Shown: positions 1 through 10,369 of the stretch, one piece after another
Layout of the letters: every line of letters starts with the position of its first letter
Numbering within the stretch: position 1 is the first letter of the stretch
Source of the DNA: a virus
Virus record (IMG/VR): IMGVR_UViG_3300042010_000040
Coordinates: 28,348-92,347 of that record
Reading direction: 5' to 3' (one strand)
DNA: 64,000 nt
The notes under the pieces: model-generated
Seen by the model: the letters and a program-made list of their open reading frames with translations, nothing else
Databases searched by the model: none
Told to the model about the DNA's origin: nothing
Made by a program: the position numbers and the translations under genes

Positions 1-15
1 TGACATAAAATACCT

Positions 16-1473
16 TTAAATTAAATAAGAACCAGAGATGAGAATAGATCCCGAAGCGTCAACAGGAAGATAATTTCTTCCCGCACCAAACGGAGTATCC
101 GTCAGGGTTATTTTAGATGCCCCTGACTCAATAAACCCACCTACAACCCCTACCGATGTAATGCTACCAACATTTATGTTGACAATCGTATTGCCACCAG
201 AAGAGCAGGCATAGGGCAAGCCCCTAATTTCCATATTACCTGTTCCTGTGTGGCCGGACCATTGTATTTCAGCATCAAAGGTACATACACCGGAATCAAT
301 TTTGAAGTTTCCTCTTCGGATTTGGTATGTGCATCCACCAGTAGAAGAAGTACCTGCAATATAAGGCAAAAATGTAAATACCCTACCTTGCCACTGTACA
401 TTTCCGGAGTAACTTATTTCCCCGTCGAATACACAAGCCGTTTCATATAAGCTAATCTTACCAGACGTTCCTGTAGCAACGATGGCTTTATCATTGATAT
501 TGGTTTTTGTAGATGTACATCCATTTAAGGTAATACTTGCAGGCCGACCGTCCGAGGTTTTAATTGCTAGGAAAGACGCTGCCATCCCCGCATTTGCCAT
601 GCTGCCGTGAAGTGCGTGGCATCCGTTGAGCACTAGACCCTTAATATTCTGGTATTCGGTAGGTATGCCTGAAGTTGAGGCTGTTGACGTATGGGCAAAA
701 TAGCTGTCCAGCAATGACCCTTCTGCCCCACAACCATTCAATACCATACCATTAATATTACTAAAGACATAACCCCATTTGTTATTATCAGACCCTAGTG
801 CGTCAAAAGAGCTGTAAGTTAGTCCATTAAAAGACCAGCCTGCATCATTTGGATTATTGTATGCCCAACACCTTCTACCTGTGATCGATGTGTGGAACCC
901 ATTAAATACAAATCCGCCCCCCATATTGGTGGAAGACCAGACATTATCCAATGACACCATAAAAGAGTTCTGACTGAAGATGCCATGCCTACCACAGAGC
1001 TGCACCCTTACATTGTCAATATACCCCTGAGAAACGAAATCTGTACTTCCAAGTATACCACCGTTTATGGATATACCATCCCTGCCAGCACCAGTAATGG
1101 CAAGGTGTTCAATACCAAAGTGGACCCCCGGACCAAAGCTAATCCCATCTTCTAAGGGAGATAATCCAGAAAACTCAATAATTGTAGCAATTGGCCCTTG
1201 CCCCCGAATAATAATATTATGAACTTGTCCGGGGGCATACTGAGTGAAGTACAAGGGTTGTGTTATCTTAAACCTTCCTTTTGGAAGTTCAAAAATCCCC
1301 CCACGATACTCAGTATTTGTTTGAAGAAAATCTCTAAGTTCAATAAAGGCTTCAGTGTCATCAGCAACCCCATCACCCACAGCACTGAAATCCTTTATGT
1401 CATCAGATAATTTTTCTTGCAAATTCCTTGCAAACTCATTTGGGCCATAATAAAGAACATCAGTGCTATTCAT
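16..1473 (-). CDS. Tailspike / pectin-lyase-like beta-helix depolymerase
   Basis: DIKDFSAVGDGVADDTEAF pectate_lyase_3-type N-terminal motif and beta-helix-like repeats; follows the tail fibre genes. Start moved to ATG 1473 (AAGGA SD, just after the upstream stop). Confidence 0.75.
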   Translation of the reverse strand: MNSTDVLYYGPNEFARNLQEKLSDDIKDFSAVGDGVADDTEAFIELRDFLQTNTEYRGGIFELPKGRFKITQPLYFTQYAPGQVHNIIIRGQGPIATIIEFSGLSPLEDGISFGPGVHFGIEHLAITGAGRDGISINGGILGSTDFVSQGYIDNVRVQLCGRHGIFSQNSFMVSLDNVWSSTNMGGGFVFNGFHTSITGRRCWAYNNPNDAGWSFNGLTYSSFDALGSDNNKWGYVFSNINGMVLNGCGAEGSLLDSYFAHTSTASTSGIPTEYQNIKGLVLNGCHALHGSMANAGMAASFLAIKTSDGRPASITLNGCTSTKTNINDKAIVATGTSGKISLYETACVFDGEISYSGNVQWQGRVFTFLPYIAGTSSTGGCTYQIRRGNFKIDSGVCTFDAEIQWSGHTGTGNMEIRGLPYACSSGGNTIVNINVGSITSVGVVGGFIESGASKITLTDTPFGAGRNYLPVDASGSILISGSYLI

Positions 1474-1474
1474 A

Positions 1475-1678
1475 TCAGGGAGTTCCTTCTGTGAATTCCC
1501 CGTCCAGATATACCCATCTTTCATCGGGCATTGGTTGTTCGTTAGTTATATCAACCAAAGTGGCCACAAATTCCGGTATAAATCTAAGTTCAATAGGGAT
1601 ATCCGTACCATCATCATAAAGCAGTGGTTTGATAATCTCCTGCACTACGTTGTTCTCTAATCTTGCATATATCTTCAA
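1475..1678 (-). CDS. Small tail fibre assembly/accessory protein
   Basis: MKIYARLENNVVQEII...W..DGEFT pattern typical of the small gene after Gly-rich fibres; coupled to the fibre stop. Confidence 0.55.
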   Translation of the reverse strand: MKIYARLENNVVQEIIKPLLYDDGTDIPIELRFIPEFVATLVDITNEQPMPDERWVYLDGEFTEGTP

Positions 1679-2724
1679 AGAGAATACTCCTCTACAATTA
1701 TGATCCCTGCTGCACCAGCACCACCAGCATTGCCACCGGGGATGCTAGCGAGGGAGAGCCCACCGGCACCACCAGCACCAATTGTAGTAGAAGATGCCCC
1801 TGTCCCAGATGCCCCACCAGCAGGACCACCACCACCAAATACGGACGACCCACCACCACCTGAGAAGGTTACAGTGGCAGCAAGGCTAAATGCTACGCTG
1901 CCAGCCGTACCACGGCTGTTTAATATAGAGGCGTTAGACCCTAGGCCACCCGCGCCTGCTGAAGTGATCGCCGGGAATGCACCAATGCCAGATCCGGCTG
2001 GACCTCCACCCCCACCGGTTGCGGTTGCAACAGCGCCAAAACTAGAACTAGCGCCATTAGAACCAGCACTGAATCCAGCCGCACCACCAGCACCACCAGC
2101 ACCTACGGTAACAGCTATTGCCGAGAGTGCACCTGCAACAACACCATCACAATATCCACCTGCACCACCACCACCCCCTGCGGCTGATTGGCCAGCACCA
2201 GTGGCACCTGCCCCACCACCACCACCACCACCCGAGTGCAACTTATATCTAGTAAAAGCTGTCTTTGAGTGTGTAGTAAAAGTTGTTGCTCCTGTTGTCG
2301 TCGCTGCTGCATCATCTACAGAGATTCGCTGAACACCGCCCACATTGGTGTACACAGTTCTGCGTAACAACCTACCTTGAGTTGGAAACGCAACATCCCA
2401 GTAGGTGTGGGTTACATCTGTCACAGGGTTTTGGTTTAAGCTATCAGCTACAGCTACATAAATAGTACCGTCTGAACCTTGGACGTATGAACGCTCACCA
2501 CTTGTGGTGAAATAGTAGTTATCAGTGGCTGACCAAACACTAATACCCTTCTGGAATAAGTGCAGGATTGCATTATCCTGACGGTTCTGTGCAAAGTTCT
2601 CCCACTGAAAAGGTGGGACTTCAGCAGTCCAGCCAGTCTGAATCTTGACATCACTTGGGGCAACAATAGAACCACCAGAGGCCCATTGAAAACTAAAATC
2701 GGGTTTGTTTACTTCAGCAGCCAT
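1675..2724 (-). CDS. Glycine-rich tail fibre protein
   Basis: Baseplate-anchoring N-terminus (WASGG..KIQTGWTAEVPPFQWEN), long Gly-rich region, GIIIVEEY C-terminus. Confidence 0.8.
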   Translation of the reverse strand: MAAEVNKPDFSFQWASGGSIVAPSDVKIQTGWTAEVPPFQWENFAQNRQDNAILHLFQKGISVWSATDNYYFTTSGERSYVQGSDGTIYVAVADSLNQNPVTDVTHTYWDVAFPTQGRLLRRTVYTNVGGVQRISVDDAAATTTGATTFTTHSKTAFTRYKLHSGGGGGGGAGATGAGQSAAGGGGGAGGYCDGVVAGALSAIAVTVGAGGAGGAAGFSAGSNGASSSFGAVATATGGGGGPAGSGIGAFPAITSAGAGGLGSNASILNSRGTAGSVAFSLAATVTFSGGGGSSVFGGGGPAGGASGTGASSTTIGAGGAGGLSLASIPGGNAGGAGAAGIIIVEEYSL

Positions 2725-2738
2725 TATTAAATCCTTTG

Positions 2739-3500
2739 TTAGATGAGCTGAGCATATAGCCCACCCAATGATAAATCACTCAAATCTCCGTAGCCTTTGG
2801 CATTCAGAGCACCTTGAAAACCAAAATAGTTTTCCGCAATAAACTCACCAAAATTGATTCTTACACCAATTGGCTTTGGAATAAATCTAGAAGGGTAACC
2901 GGAGGAATAGGATGTATAAGTAAGTAGTACTTTCTCAAAAGAAGATAACTCTCTCCCTAGCATTACAGTAACTTCAGCATTACCCTCTGCAACAACCAAG
3001 CTCATATCAATTCCAAATATGAATTGCATAAACTCTATGAATTGGTTTGGGGTTACATTTGTATTATTCTTTACAATCTTAGCTTTAATGAACAGTCGAT
3101 ATTGTTCATCTGTAAGGAGTGTGTTCCCAGCTAAGGGATTGTTGATATCGTAATACGGTCCACCAAGTGCTGGGTTATCCAAGTCACCGTAAGATTGAGC
3201 ATCTGGATAGCCAACAAAAGCGAAGAACGTTAATAATGCTGTATCAATAAGCTCTCTTGGTTGGCCTACGATATCGCCAATGATGTCTAATTGAGCACCA
3301 ACAGCAGTGTCAATAGAGCGCTCTTGCATCAATTGACGGAAGACTTCTTGAAGTTCAATCTTTCCGCCAAGGAGGAGTTGGAGGTACTTGTCGAACACAA
3401 TCGGCCCAGAGCCATCTGAATCTAGCATAAACTGCTGAGTCACACGAGAACGTGCTACAGAAAGGTAATCCTCAATATTGAACAAATTCAATTCTGACAT
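2739..3500 (-). CDS. Baseplate wedge protein (DUF2612-like)
   Basis: SIDTAVGAQLDIIGDIVG...LTDEQYRLFIKAKI motif; located after baseplate J. Confidence 0.8.
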   Translation of the reverse strand: MSELNLFNIEDYLSVARSRVTQQFMLDSDGSGPIVFDKYLQLLLGGKIELQEVFRQLMQERSIDTAVGAQLDIIGDIVGQPRELIDTALLTFFAFVGYPDAQSYGDLDNPALGGPYYDINNPLAGNTLLTDEQYRLFIKAKIVKNNTNVTPNQFIEFMQFIFGIDMSLVVAEGNAEVTVMLGRELSSFEKVLLTYTSYSSGYPSRFIPKPIGVRINFGEFIAENYFGFQGALNAKGYGDLSDLSLGGLYAQLI

Positions 3501-3509
3501 GCTACCTCC

Positions 3510-4949
3510 TTATGTGATAACTATGTTGACACTGGACAGTGAGGCAATCTCATCGAAGGCTATAATTACGTTCGTAACTCCAACAGGTGCTGGCGAAGTA
3601 CCGATTGTAAGCGATACAACTTCATGTCCCGGAATACTATTGATGGGAGTGTACAGACGACTATAAATCACATCATCACCAGTACCAAAGTTAGCAGTGA
3701 AGTATTCAATTAATGCCGACTTGATAGCATCATTCCCGTTAGGTGGGAAGTTCACATCTGTTGTGATGTTCATGCTAATATAAATTACAACAGGATCTGG
3801 GCGAGAGAAACTAATGTCGTGAGGGAAACCCTGAACATCAGAAATGCTTACAGTGGTGTTGCCATAGCTTAAAATACCAATCGGCTTGTTATCCCAAATA
3901 GCATTAGCAATGTCTGTAGACAATCCCCCGGAAACAATGGGGAGAAAACTGTGTGCAGGAACGCCATTACCGTCTACAACACTTGTGTCATTCTCATAGA
4001 TGGTTACTTCGCTAACATTATCAAGATTGATAAGAGCAGAGTAGATAGCATCTAGCGTATTAGTTGCACGATCAAACTTACCATTGCGGAACCTAAGACG
4101 AAGCTCTTCATCTGTTTCACGATCTTCACCGGGAGTAGCTGCAACTGGGTTGTTTACACTATCCCAACCCAGCATTGGTGTGAGGATTGTGTCAATAGTG
4201 TTTGCAGGCTGTTCAATGATGCCAGATTCTACAGCAACAACTTCGCCAACAGTGCGTACTTTAGTAATACCAAGATTAACAGAAGTGGTAAAGTTTACAG
4301 TCTGGAAGATATCATTCCGATCAATTACAAGAGTCGTTCCAACAACAGAGGCTGTCAGCGTTGGATGAGCACCAGCAATAACACCTTGCAATCCTGCCAA
4401 GATTTCAGCAACAGTAGCACTCGCATCAGATGTAAACGTGATGGTGTTAGAGGTTGTTGTATTGGCATAAGTGATGGTGTAAGCTGTGCTATCTTGTAAG
4501 GTGACTACAGATACGGTAATCCCACTCGCCGTGCTCGGAGATAGAGAAATTGCACCAACTGTAGTGAATTGTTCGCCAGTTGTAGAGCTACTTACAGTTT
4601 GTCCAACAGGGATTAGTGTGTTAGTGTCACCAGCTACAAGAATAGAGGATGTGGTGAAGGTTTGTTCTTTGCGGGTAATGCCCGCATATGCTACAAGGTT
4701 ATCAAGAGCAATACCTGTTGCAGAGTTTGGGTCAAAGGCTGCGTATACTTCTTGGGCAGCTTCCCATAGATCAGCTTCACTTGGAGCAGCTATGGAGATG
4801 AGGCGACCTAGTGCTGAGCTATCTGAAGTGTCAACTTGGTCTCCGGGCTGAATAAGGTCTTGAAAGAGTTGTACTGCTAAAGCTCGGTCATCGGCTAGGA
4901 TGTCGGCCAACCTTTTTATTACGAATCCTTGGTCAGTTACCCCGGCCAT
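3510..4949 (-). CDS. Baseplate J-like wedge protein
   Basis: FDPNSATGIALDNL, ETDEELRLR and VSGG...IANAIW motifs; synteny. Confidence 0.88.
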   Translation of the reverse strand: MAGVTDQGFVIKRLADILADDRALAVQLFQDLIQPGDQVDTSDSSALGRLISIAAPSEADLWEAAQEVYAAFDPNSATGIALDNLVAYAGITRKEQTFTTSSILVAGDTNTLIPVGQTVSSSTTGEQFTTVGAISLSPSTASGITVSVVTLQDSTAYTITYANTTTSNTITFTSDASATVAEILAGLQGVIAGAHPTLTASVVGTTLVIDRNDIFQTVNFTTSVNLGITKVRTVGEVVAVESGIIEQPANTIDTILTPMLGWDSVNNPVAATPGEDRETDEELRLRFRNGKFDRATNTLDAIYSALINLDNVSEVTIYENDTSVVDGNGVPAHSFLPIVSGGLSTDIANAIWDNKPIGILSYGNTTVSISDVQGFPHDISFSRPDPVVIYISMNITTDVNFPPNGNDAIKSALIEYFTANFGTGDDVIYSRLYTPINSIPGHEVVSLTIGTSPAPVGVTNVIIAFDEIASLSSVNIVIT

Positions 4950-4963
4950 AAAAGTTCCTTAAA

Positions 4964-5338
4964 TTAATTGATTGGTTGCACAGATATGGGTGCTGTAACT
5001 TCACCAGTAACAACCTTAACTTGAAAGGTTAGGGAATACTGTCTGTTCTGGAAGGTAGATTTAAAAGAAACGATTTCTTTTACACCCTCTTCTTCTAGGA
5101 TTGCTGTTTGAAAAATCAAATCAACAGAGGACTTAGACGTTTGCTTAATCCCAAGAATACGAGAAAGGTAGGGGACACCATAGGTTGTATCGGCAAACCA
5201 CTCAGGTTCCATTGTTAACAGACGAATCTTCAAACGCTGAGCAACAGTTTGAGTAAATGGCTGTGTGGTGTATTCGCGTGTCAAAGGCCCATTGTTCCAA
5301 ACTATGTCATGAGTTTGGGTATCAAGTAGAAAATCAAT
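4964..5338 (-). CDS. Baseplate wedge / sheath initiator (gp25-like), probable ATT start
   Basis: VAQRLKIRLL..EWFADTTYGVPY motif; frame is open upstream of the TTG at 5284 to an ATT placed 6 nt after GGAGG. Confidence 0.7.
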   Translation of the reverse strand: MDFLLDTQTHDIVWNNGPLTREYTTQPFTQTVAQRLKIRLLTMEPEWFADTTYGVPYLSRILGIKQTSKSSVDLIFQTAILEEEGVKEIVSFKSTFQNRQYSLTFQVKVVTGEVTAPISVQPIN

Positions 5339-5350
5339 AATACACCTCCA

Positions 5351-6112
5351 TTATGGGTTAGTTGGTGGAATAACAGCAGGTGCGTGTCTGTGGGTGTTGA
5401 AGATGACACCATTAAAGGTCGCTTGCCCACCGACAAGAGTATAATTTCCTGTCTGACTGTAATCGCCTTGGTGAATTATTGCTCCAATCCATGTTGTGGT
5501 TGGAATATCGACAGTCATCGTCTGTGCATTCAAATTAATTGCACCACTCGCGTTAACAGTGGCATCTGAGCAATTGATAACTACAGGTTGATTTGAAGTG
5601 TTAATTTCAATACTACCATCAGCTTTCAGTCGTACTTCACTCTCAACACCTCCAAGGTTCTGGAACAACACAGCATCACTTGGGTCATGCGTTAAAATGT
5701 GTTTTGCTGGGTTATTAACAGCGGAGCCCGGAGGTTGAATACCGGGGATAAACATTGCATCCCCTTTATCCATCTTTGCAAAGTTCATTGGTGAGGCAGG
5801 GCGACCATTACCAGCTTTCCAACCATCCATGTTACGCATAGAGAAGATGGCAATGCCTGTGCTACCAACTTTGATTGGAAAAGTAAAACCTGCCGTAGAG
5901 GATACTGGGAACGATACTGGGACACCCAACACTTGAGGACGTTCTTTAACAGTGCCATCTTTAAACTTTTGATTGATTGTGGGCTGTATATCTACCATTT
6001 GCCCATTTAAACCATCTCTTACAGCAATAACGATGCACGGTAGGCTAGTATACATATTGTTGATCTTGTTATCAAAACCAGCACCAAGAAGTTCTTGAAC
6101 GTCTGCACTCAT
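5351..6112 (-). CDS. Baseplate central spike protein
   Basis: OB-fold-like N-terminus (VPVSFP..FTFPIKVG), beta-repeat region, C-terminal NTHRH iron-binding HxH motif. Confidence 0.82.
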   Translation of the reverse strand: MSADVQELLGAGFDNKINNMYTSLPCIVIAVRDGLNGQMVDIQPTINQKFKDGTVKERPQVLGVPVSFPVSSTAGFTFPIKVGSTGIAIFSMRNMDGWKAGNGRPASPMNFAKMDKGDAMFIPGIQPPGSAVNNPAKHILTHDPSDAVLFQNLGGVESEVRLKADGSIEINTSNQPVVINCSDATVNASGAINLNAQTMTVDIPTTTWIGAIIHQGDYSQTGNYTLVGGQATFNGVIFNTHRHAPAVIPPTNP

Positions 6113-6999
6113 GATTTAAGAACCTTCTCTAATGAAATGCCTTTGCAATCCGTGTACCAGCTATTATCGCGAAACCCGCCATAGTGACGTAGAGTCTCAA
6201 TCTTGAAATAACCCTGAATCAAAGTATCTTCAAGCAAAACAATATCACCAGCTCTGATATCTGGGTTCAGTAACATTGTCCACTGCACACCGGGTTTCTT
6301 CGCCTTATTCTTTTTAGACTTACGAACTTGTGGATTCACACGGTAAGCAGAACCAATAAGACCTGTGTCTTCACTAATAACGTATGCTTGAGTGAAGTTC
6401 TCAGAGTTAGCCCTGTCGTTGTTATGCATGTACAAGGTGTCTTCTTCAATCTGCCAATCTACTTGATACTTCTCAGACAGCTCATCAAGCATCTCTTTTG
6501 GTGTACCTGATAACGGATAACCATAAATGATTTCATTATTCAGGTTTGTGCCGTTGTATATACCGCGAGATACACCGGGTATAGCTTGCCTGATAGCTTC
6601 AGCAACGTCTTTGACATTACGACCGGGAGCAACCAAAGAGTTCAACACCTCGTGGTTAATTTCTGTGTAAACAGCCCCCATCTGAAGCTGACTCACCAAA
6701 TCAGGACCACTCTTACGAGTTGCAACATTAGTAACACGACCAGAGAAAATACGTTGCAAACTGTTAGTATCTTCATAGCCGCAACTAAATACTGCTGCTG
6801 GGTAGTCTGTATCTAACAGTGCTAGGGTTTCTGGGTCAAGGTTGTACACTTCAATAGAAGCAGAGTTTGTACGGTCTTTGTTGTTCGTACTCTTACTGAT
6901 ATCAAAAGTAACTTGAAGGTTACTTTCTACAAGAACACCTTCAGAAGTATTATAATCCCCAACCGTTAGTTGGAATACCCTGTTCCTTTGATAAATCAT
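6109..6999 (-). CDS. Baseplate hub protein
   Basis: Synteny; NSASIEVYNL and LLNPDIRAG motifs typical of hub proteins. Confidence 0.7.
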   Translation of the reverse strand: MIYQRNRVFQLTVGDYNTSEGVLVESNLQVTFDISKSTNNKDRTNSASIEVYNLDPETLALLDTDYPAAVFSCGYEDTNSLQRIFSGRVTNVATRKSGPDLVSQLQMGAVYTEINHEVLNSLVAPGRNVKDVAEAIRQAIPGVSRGIYNGTNLNNEIIYGYPLSGTPKEMLDELSEKYQVDWQIEEDTLYMHNNDRANSENFTQAYVISEDTGLIGSAYRVNPQVRKSKKNKAKKPGVQWTMLLNPDIRAGDIVLLEDTLIQGYFKIETLRHYGGFRDNSWYTDCKGISLEKVLKS

Positions 7000-7001
7000 A
7001 A

Positions 7002-7337
7002 CTACTCTCCGTCGTCATATACATACCACATCAAGTAATATTCGTTGATCTTGTCTGGGTAAACTTTATAAGGTTCTGAGATAATCTCAGCAATCTCTTC
7101 CATCCAGAACCAACCAGTTAGTGGGAAAAGAGCATAGTCTTTGAACATTGGATATCCGGGGACTAATCTTTCCCCCATAACAATTGGATTGTTGTCTTGG
7201 TCCAGTAGATCTAAGAAGTAAGCTTCAGATCTGTCACTGTAGGTGAACCTAAGAATAACTGACAGACCTTGAAAGGATGTGCTATATTCATAGTAAGCAT
7301 CACTAAAGAGTGGAAGAGATACGTATTGTAATGCCAT
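7002..7337 (-). CDS. Virion structural (baseplate) protein
   Basis: Position between tube initiator and hub; translationally coupled. Confidence 0.6.
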   Translation of the reverse strand: MALQYVSLPLFSDAYYEYSTSFQGLSVILRFTYSDRSEAYFLDLLDQDNNPIVMGERLVPGYPMFKDYALFPLTGWFWMEEIAEIISEPYKVYPDKINEYYLMWYVYDDGE

Positions 7338-8125
7338 TATAACTCCTCCGCTACTTTAGTTTGTGGGTCTACGTCAGGACTTGCACCGTCCGTACCACTG
7401 ACAGGCTTGGGAGTTGGATCTTGCTTACCTTTTGAAGCTTTTGGTGCAGCCTTCTTCTTGAGAGAATTCACAACATCTTGTGGGAGTACAGTCTTCTTCA
7501 ATGTAGCAAAGGTAACTTGTTCAAAGGTTAAATCACAAAACAATCCTTCGCCACTATTGACATCTTCCCTAAAGACCATGCTTGTGATGACGAGATTATT
7601 AATAATCTTCTTAAGAAGTGTCCCGTCATATTCAAACAACCTTACCAACTGAATATTGGGAACAAACTTACCTTTCTTTTCGTTGAAGATAACACCAGCC
7701 ATCAAACCAACAATAGCGTCTTTAACTGTGTCAAGGGTTTGTAGTCTAGGACCGTCAACAATAATTTCGGGGGTACTACTTGAAAGAAATTGACCAATAC
7801 TGTCTGGGATGAATTGTTTTAAAACGCTATCATCTGTAGATGCGACAGAAACTGCTGTTGGTGCTTCGTTAACATTGTAGGGAGTATTACCAACCAAGTC
7901 CTGAATAAGATAACTATTCATGGAAATGTCATAGCCGGTGATAACTGTTGACATTGTGAAGATAGGGTTTTGGCGTATAAAGTGGTCCGATATGGATGCA
8001 CCACTCGCAATAGGGTGCTTTGTTACTTGACCAGAATAATTCTCTGTACTTACCGTAATGGCGTCAAAAAACACGAATCCGCCACCCTCTTCGTTGTCCT
8101 CCCCCCATCTCAAACCAAAGCTCAT
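7337..8125 (-). CDS. Tail tube initiator / Dit-like baseplate protein
   Basis: VTKHPIASGASISDH motif; directly after the tape measure gene. Confidence 0.65.
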   Translation of the reverse strand: MSFGLRWGEDNEEGGGFVFFDAITVSTENYSGQVTKHPIASGASISDHFIRQNPIFTMSTVITGYDISMNSYLIQDLVGNTPYNVNEAPTAVSVASTDDSVLKQFIPDSIGQFLSSSTPEIIVDGPRLQTLDTVKDAIVGLMAGVIFNEKKGKFVPNIQLVRLFEYDGTLLKKIINNLVITSMVFREDVNSGEGLFCDLTFEQVTFATLKKTVLPQDVVNSLKKKAAPKASKGKQDPTPKPVSGTDGASPDVDPQTKVAEEL

Positions 8126-8128
8126 TCT

Positions 8129-10069
8129 TTATTCCTTCTCTGAATATTTATCTAAGGTTTGATGCACAATGTCAGCCAAACTACTTTCAAACTGTGTTTT
8201 AAAATCTTCTGGATTAGCCGCTGTGATCTTCACGTCCATTTTCAAAGTTACATCAGCTTTTGGTGCCAATGGAGATGGTGTGCTTGAAGATCCAGAATCA
8301 GGCATCCCAGCCTTTTCCATAGGGAAAATACCAAGAGTTCCGTTGAAGTTATCACGTCTACGATTGGCAAGAGCTTCATCTTGTCTAGCTCGTTGCTGTG
8401 TCTCATAGTTTGCAGGGTCAAAGTCAGGGCGAAGTTTCTGCATGGTACTGCTTGCTGGAAGACCAAAAGCATCTAAGGTTTTCTGAGCAGGAGTTGTGAT
8501 ATAGTTTAAATACCCAAACCCAGCAGCTTTTGCTGCCTCGCCAGCACCAGAGGTATCACCACCAGCGAGTTTATTGATCGTACCCACTGTGTTGCTTACA
8601 GTGTTGGCCCAATTCTTAAGATTGACAAAAGCATCAGAGTTAAAGAGTTTGAGTAGATCAGCCCAACCATTGTAGATGTTCTTACCTAGTTGTCCAATCT
8701 CAGACATCGCACCTTTATAGGCGTTCAAGAACTGGAGAACTTCGCCACGTTCTTCTGGTGTTGGGAAGAACTTATTACCCAAGAAACTATCACGACCGTC
8801 CAACATACGTTGAAAAGATTGAGCAGACAATAGGGCAAAAGACACGTATTTAGAGACGTTATCAAAACCCCGTGCCAAACCTTCAACCATCGGTGCAGAC
8901 TCTTTAAGACCATCATTTAATGCACGAAAGAGCCTTGCGAAACCAGACTCAATACCTGAGTCTGACGCTACAGTTGCAAGGTTGTTTACTGTATTCTGAT
9001 ACCGTGCTTGTTGAGCTTGAGATGCTGTTTTAGCAGCTTCAAGACCCGGAGCAGCCTGCTCAGACGCAAGTCTTCCCGCATAGGTAAGAATGTTCCCTTT
9101 AACAAGACCTTTCTTCATGGCTTTGTTAAGTTCATCAATGGCAGCTTGACCTGTCTTACCTCCACCCTTACCCTCAGAAGCAAGTTGTGCTTGATATGCA
9201 CGAGCAAACAAAGATACCGCGCCCGGTAAACTTTCTGCTAGCTGGCCAGTCAACTCTTCAGATTGAAGTTTGTTTTTACCAGCGATTTGAGACAGCGCCC
9301 GGTAAACACGGGACTGAGCGGTGCGGTCAAGTTTGTTAACACGACTCAACTCAGAGAATCCCTTGAATACACCCTGAGATTGTTGAATACTCATGCCTGC
9401 GCCTGTCAGGCCAGATGTGAGTTTATTGTAATCAGGCGCCGCGTCGAGGTAATTAAAACCAATGACATCCGCTTGTTTTTTCAGCCACTCAAAGGATTGC
9501 TTTCCTTCATACGGTGTAGCACCAGCCTGTTGAGCAACAGCAGAGGTTTGTAACTGCGCAGCAACCACTTGTTGATTTCGGTTATTTAGGGCACCAAGAC
9601 CATATCCACCTAAGCCTAATGCAAGGGCGGGACCGTATAGGCGAGAAAGTCCACCTGCGATACCTCCCGCAACGCCACCAGCGACAATGTGACGACCACT
9701 GCCGGGGATTCGTGCTGACCCCGCATTACCGGGTGCCACATTTGGACGAATGTTTACTTTGGCTGATTTAGATGCGGCGGCGAACGCATTACTGAGTGTA
9801 CGATTTAGATGAGCTTGGTCAACAACAAATCGAGATACTTGAAATGTAGTCTGTTTGCTTGCCAGATCTAGGGCACTACCCATTGCAAAATTAAGAGCTT
9901 TCTGGTTTACATTAAACTTAACCAGATTGATTGCCATGTTCTGAGAAGCAGTCTTACCAAAAGCTTTGAGCTTCTTCTCCATATTCTTCAGAGCAGAATC
10001 GACTTTCCTGATACTCTTGGCGTTGACCCCAAATCCTAATTCTGCGAAGTAGCTTGTGATTGCTGGCAT
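8129..10069 (-). CDS. Tail tape measure protein
   Basis: Ala/Gly-rich helical protein with ALSQIAGKNKLQSEELTGQLAE tape-measure motif; follows the chaperone pair. Confidence 0.85.
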   Translation of the reverse strand: MPAITSYFAELGFGVNAKSIRKVDSALKNMEKKLKAFGKTASQNMAINLVKFNVNQKALNFAMGSALDLASKQTTFQVSRFVVDQAHLNRTLSNAFAAASKSAKVNIRPNVAPGNAGSARIPGSGRHIVAGGVAGGIAGGLSRLYGPALALGLGGYGLGALNNRNQQVVAAQLQTSAVAQQAGATPYEGKQSFEWLKKQADVIGFNYLDAAPDYNKLTSGLTGAGMSIQQSQGVFKGFSELSRVNKLDRTAQSRVYRALSQIAGKNKLQSEELTGQLAESLPGAVSLFARAYQAQLASEGKGGGKTGQAAIDELNKAMKKGLVKGNILTYAGRLASEQAAPGLEAAKTASQAQQARYQNTVNNLATVASDSGIESGFARLFRALNDGLKESAPMVEGLARGFDNVSKYVSFALLSAQSFQRMLDGRDSFLGNKFFPTPEERGEVLQFLNAYKGAMSEIGQLGKNIYNGWADLLKLFNSDAFVNLKNWANTVSNTVGTINKLAGGDTSGAGEAAKAAGFGYLNYITTPAQKTLDAFGLPASSTMQKLRPDFDPANYETQQRARQDEALANRRRDNFNGTLGIFPMEKAGMPDSGSSSTPSPLAPKADVTLKMDVKITAANPEDFKTQFESSLADIVHQTLDKYSEKE

Positions 10070-10072
10070 AGC

Positions 10073-10369
10073 TTATCCTTTCTGATTTTGAATTCTTTTA
10101 GCTTCTGCCTTGTCATAAGCTATTTGTTGCCTAGCATCGTAAACTCTAATAACTTCTAACATCATGTAGGCTTGCTTGATGGAGTAGACATTCTCTAACT
10201 CCCATAAAGTGCAAGGCTTTGTTTCATGGGTTAGCAGTTCGTAAACAATCCAGCTTTGAGAGAACTCTTCTTCAACTTGTCTCTCATCTTTGTTACGAAC
10301 TGTTGGTGCAGAGGATTTTTTATTTAAGCCTCTGAACCGCTTTCCGTAAAAACATCTTGGAAGTTCCAC
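10073..10369 (-). CDS. Tail assembly chaperone, frameshift (GT-like) part
   Basis: Overlaps the upstream chaperone in the -1 frame, directly before the tape measure gene. Confidence 0.6.
   Translation of the reverse strand: MELPRCFYGKRFRGLNKKSSAPTVRNKDERQVEEEFSQSWIVYELLTHETKPCTLWELENVYSIKQAYMMLEVIRVYDARQQIAYDKAEAKRIQNQKG

Noticed and set aside
1700-2332. 210-aa Pro-rich plus-strand ORF
   Set aside because: Antisense reflection of GGT/GGC codons in the Gly-rich fibre gene
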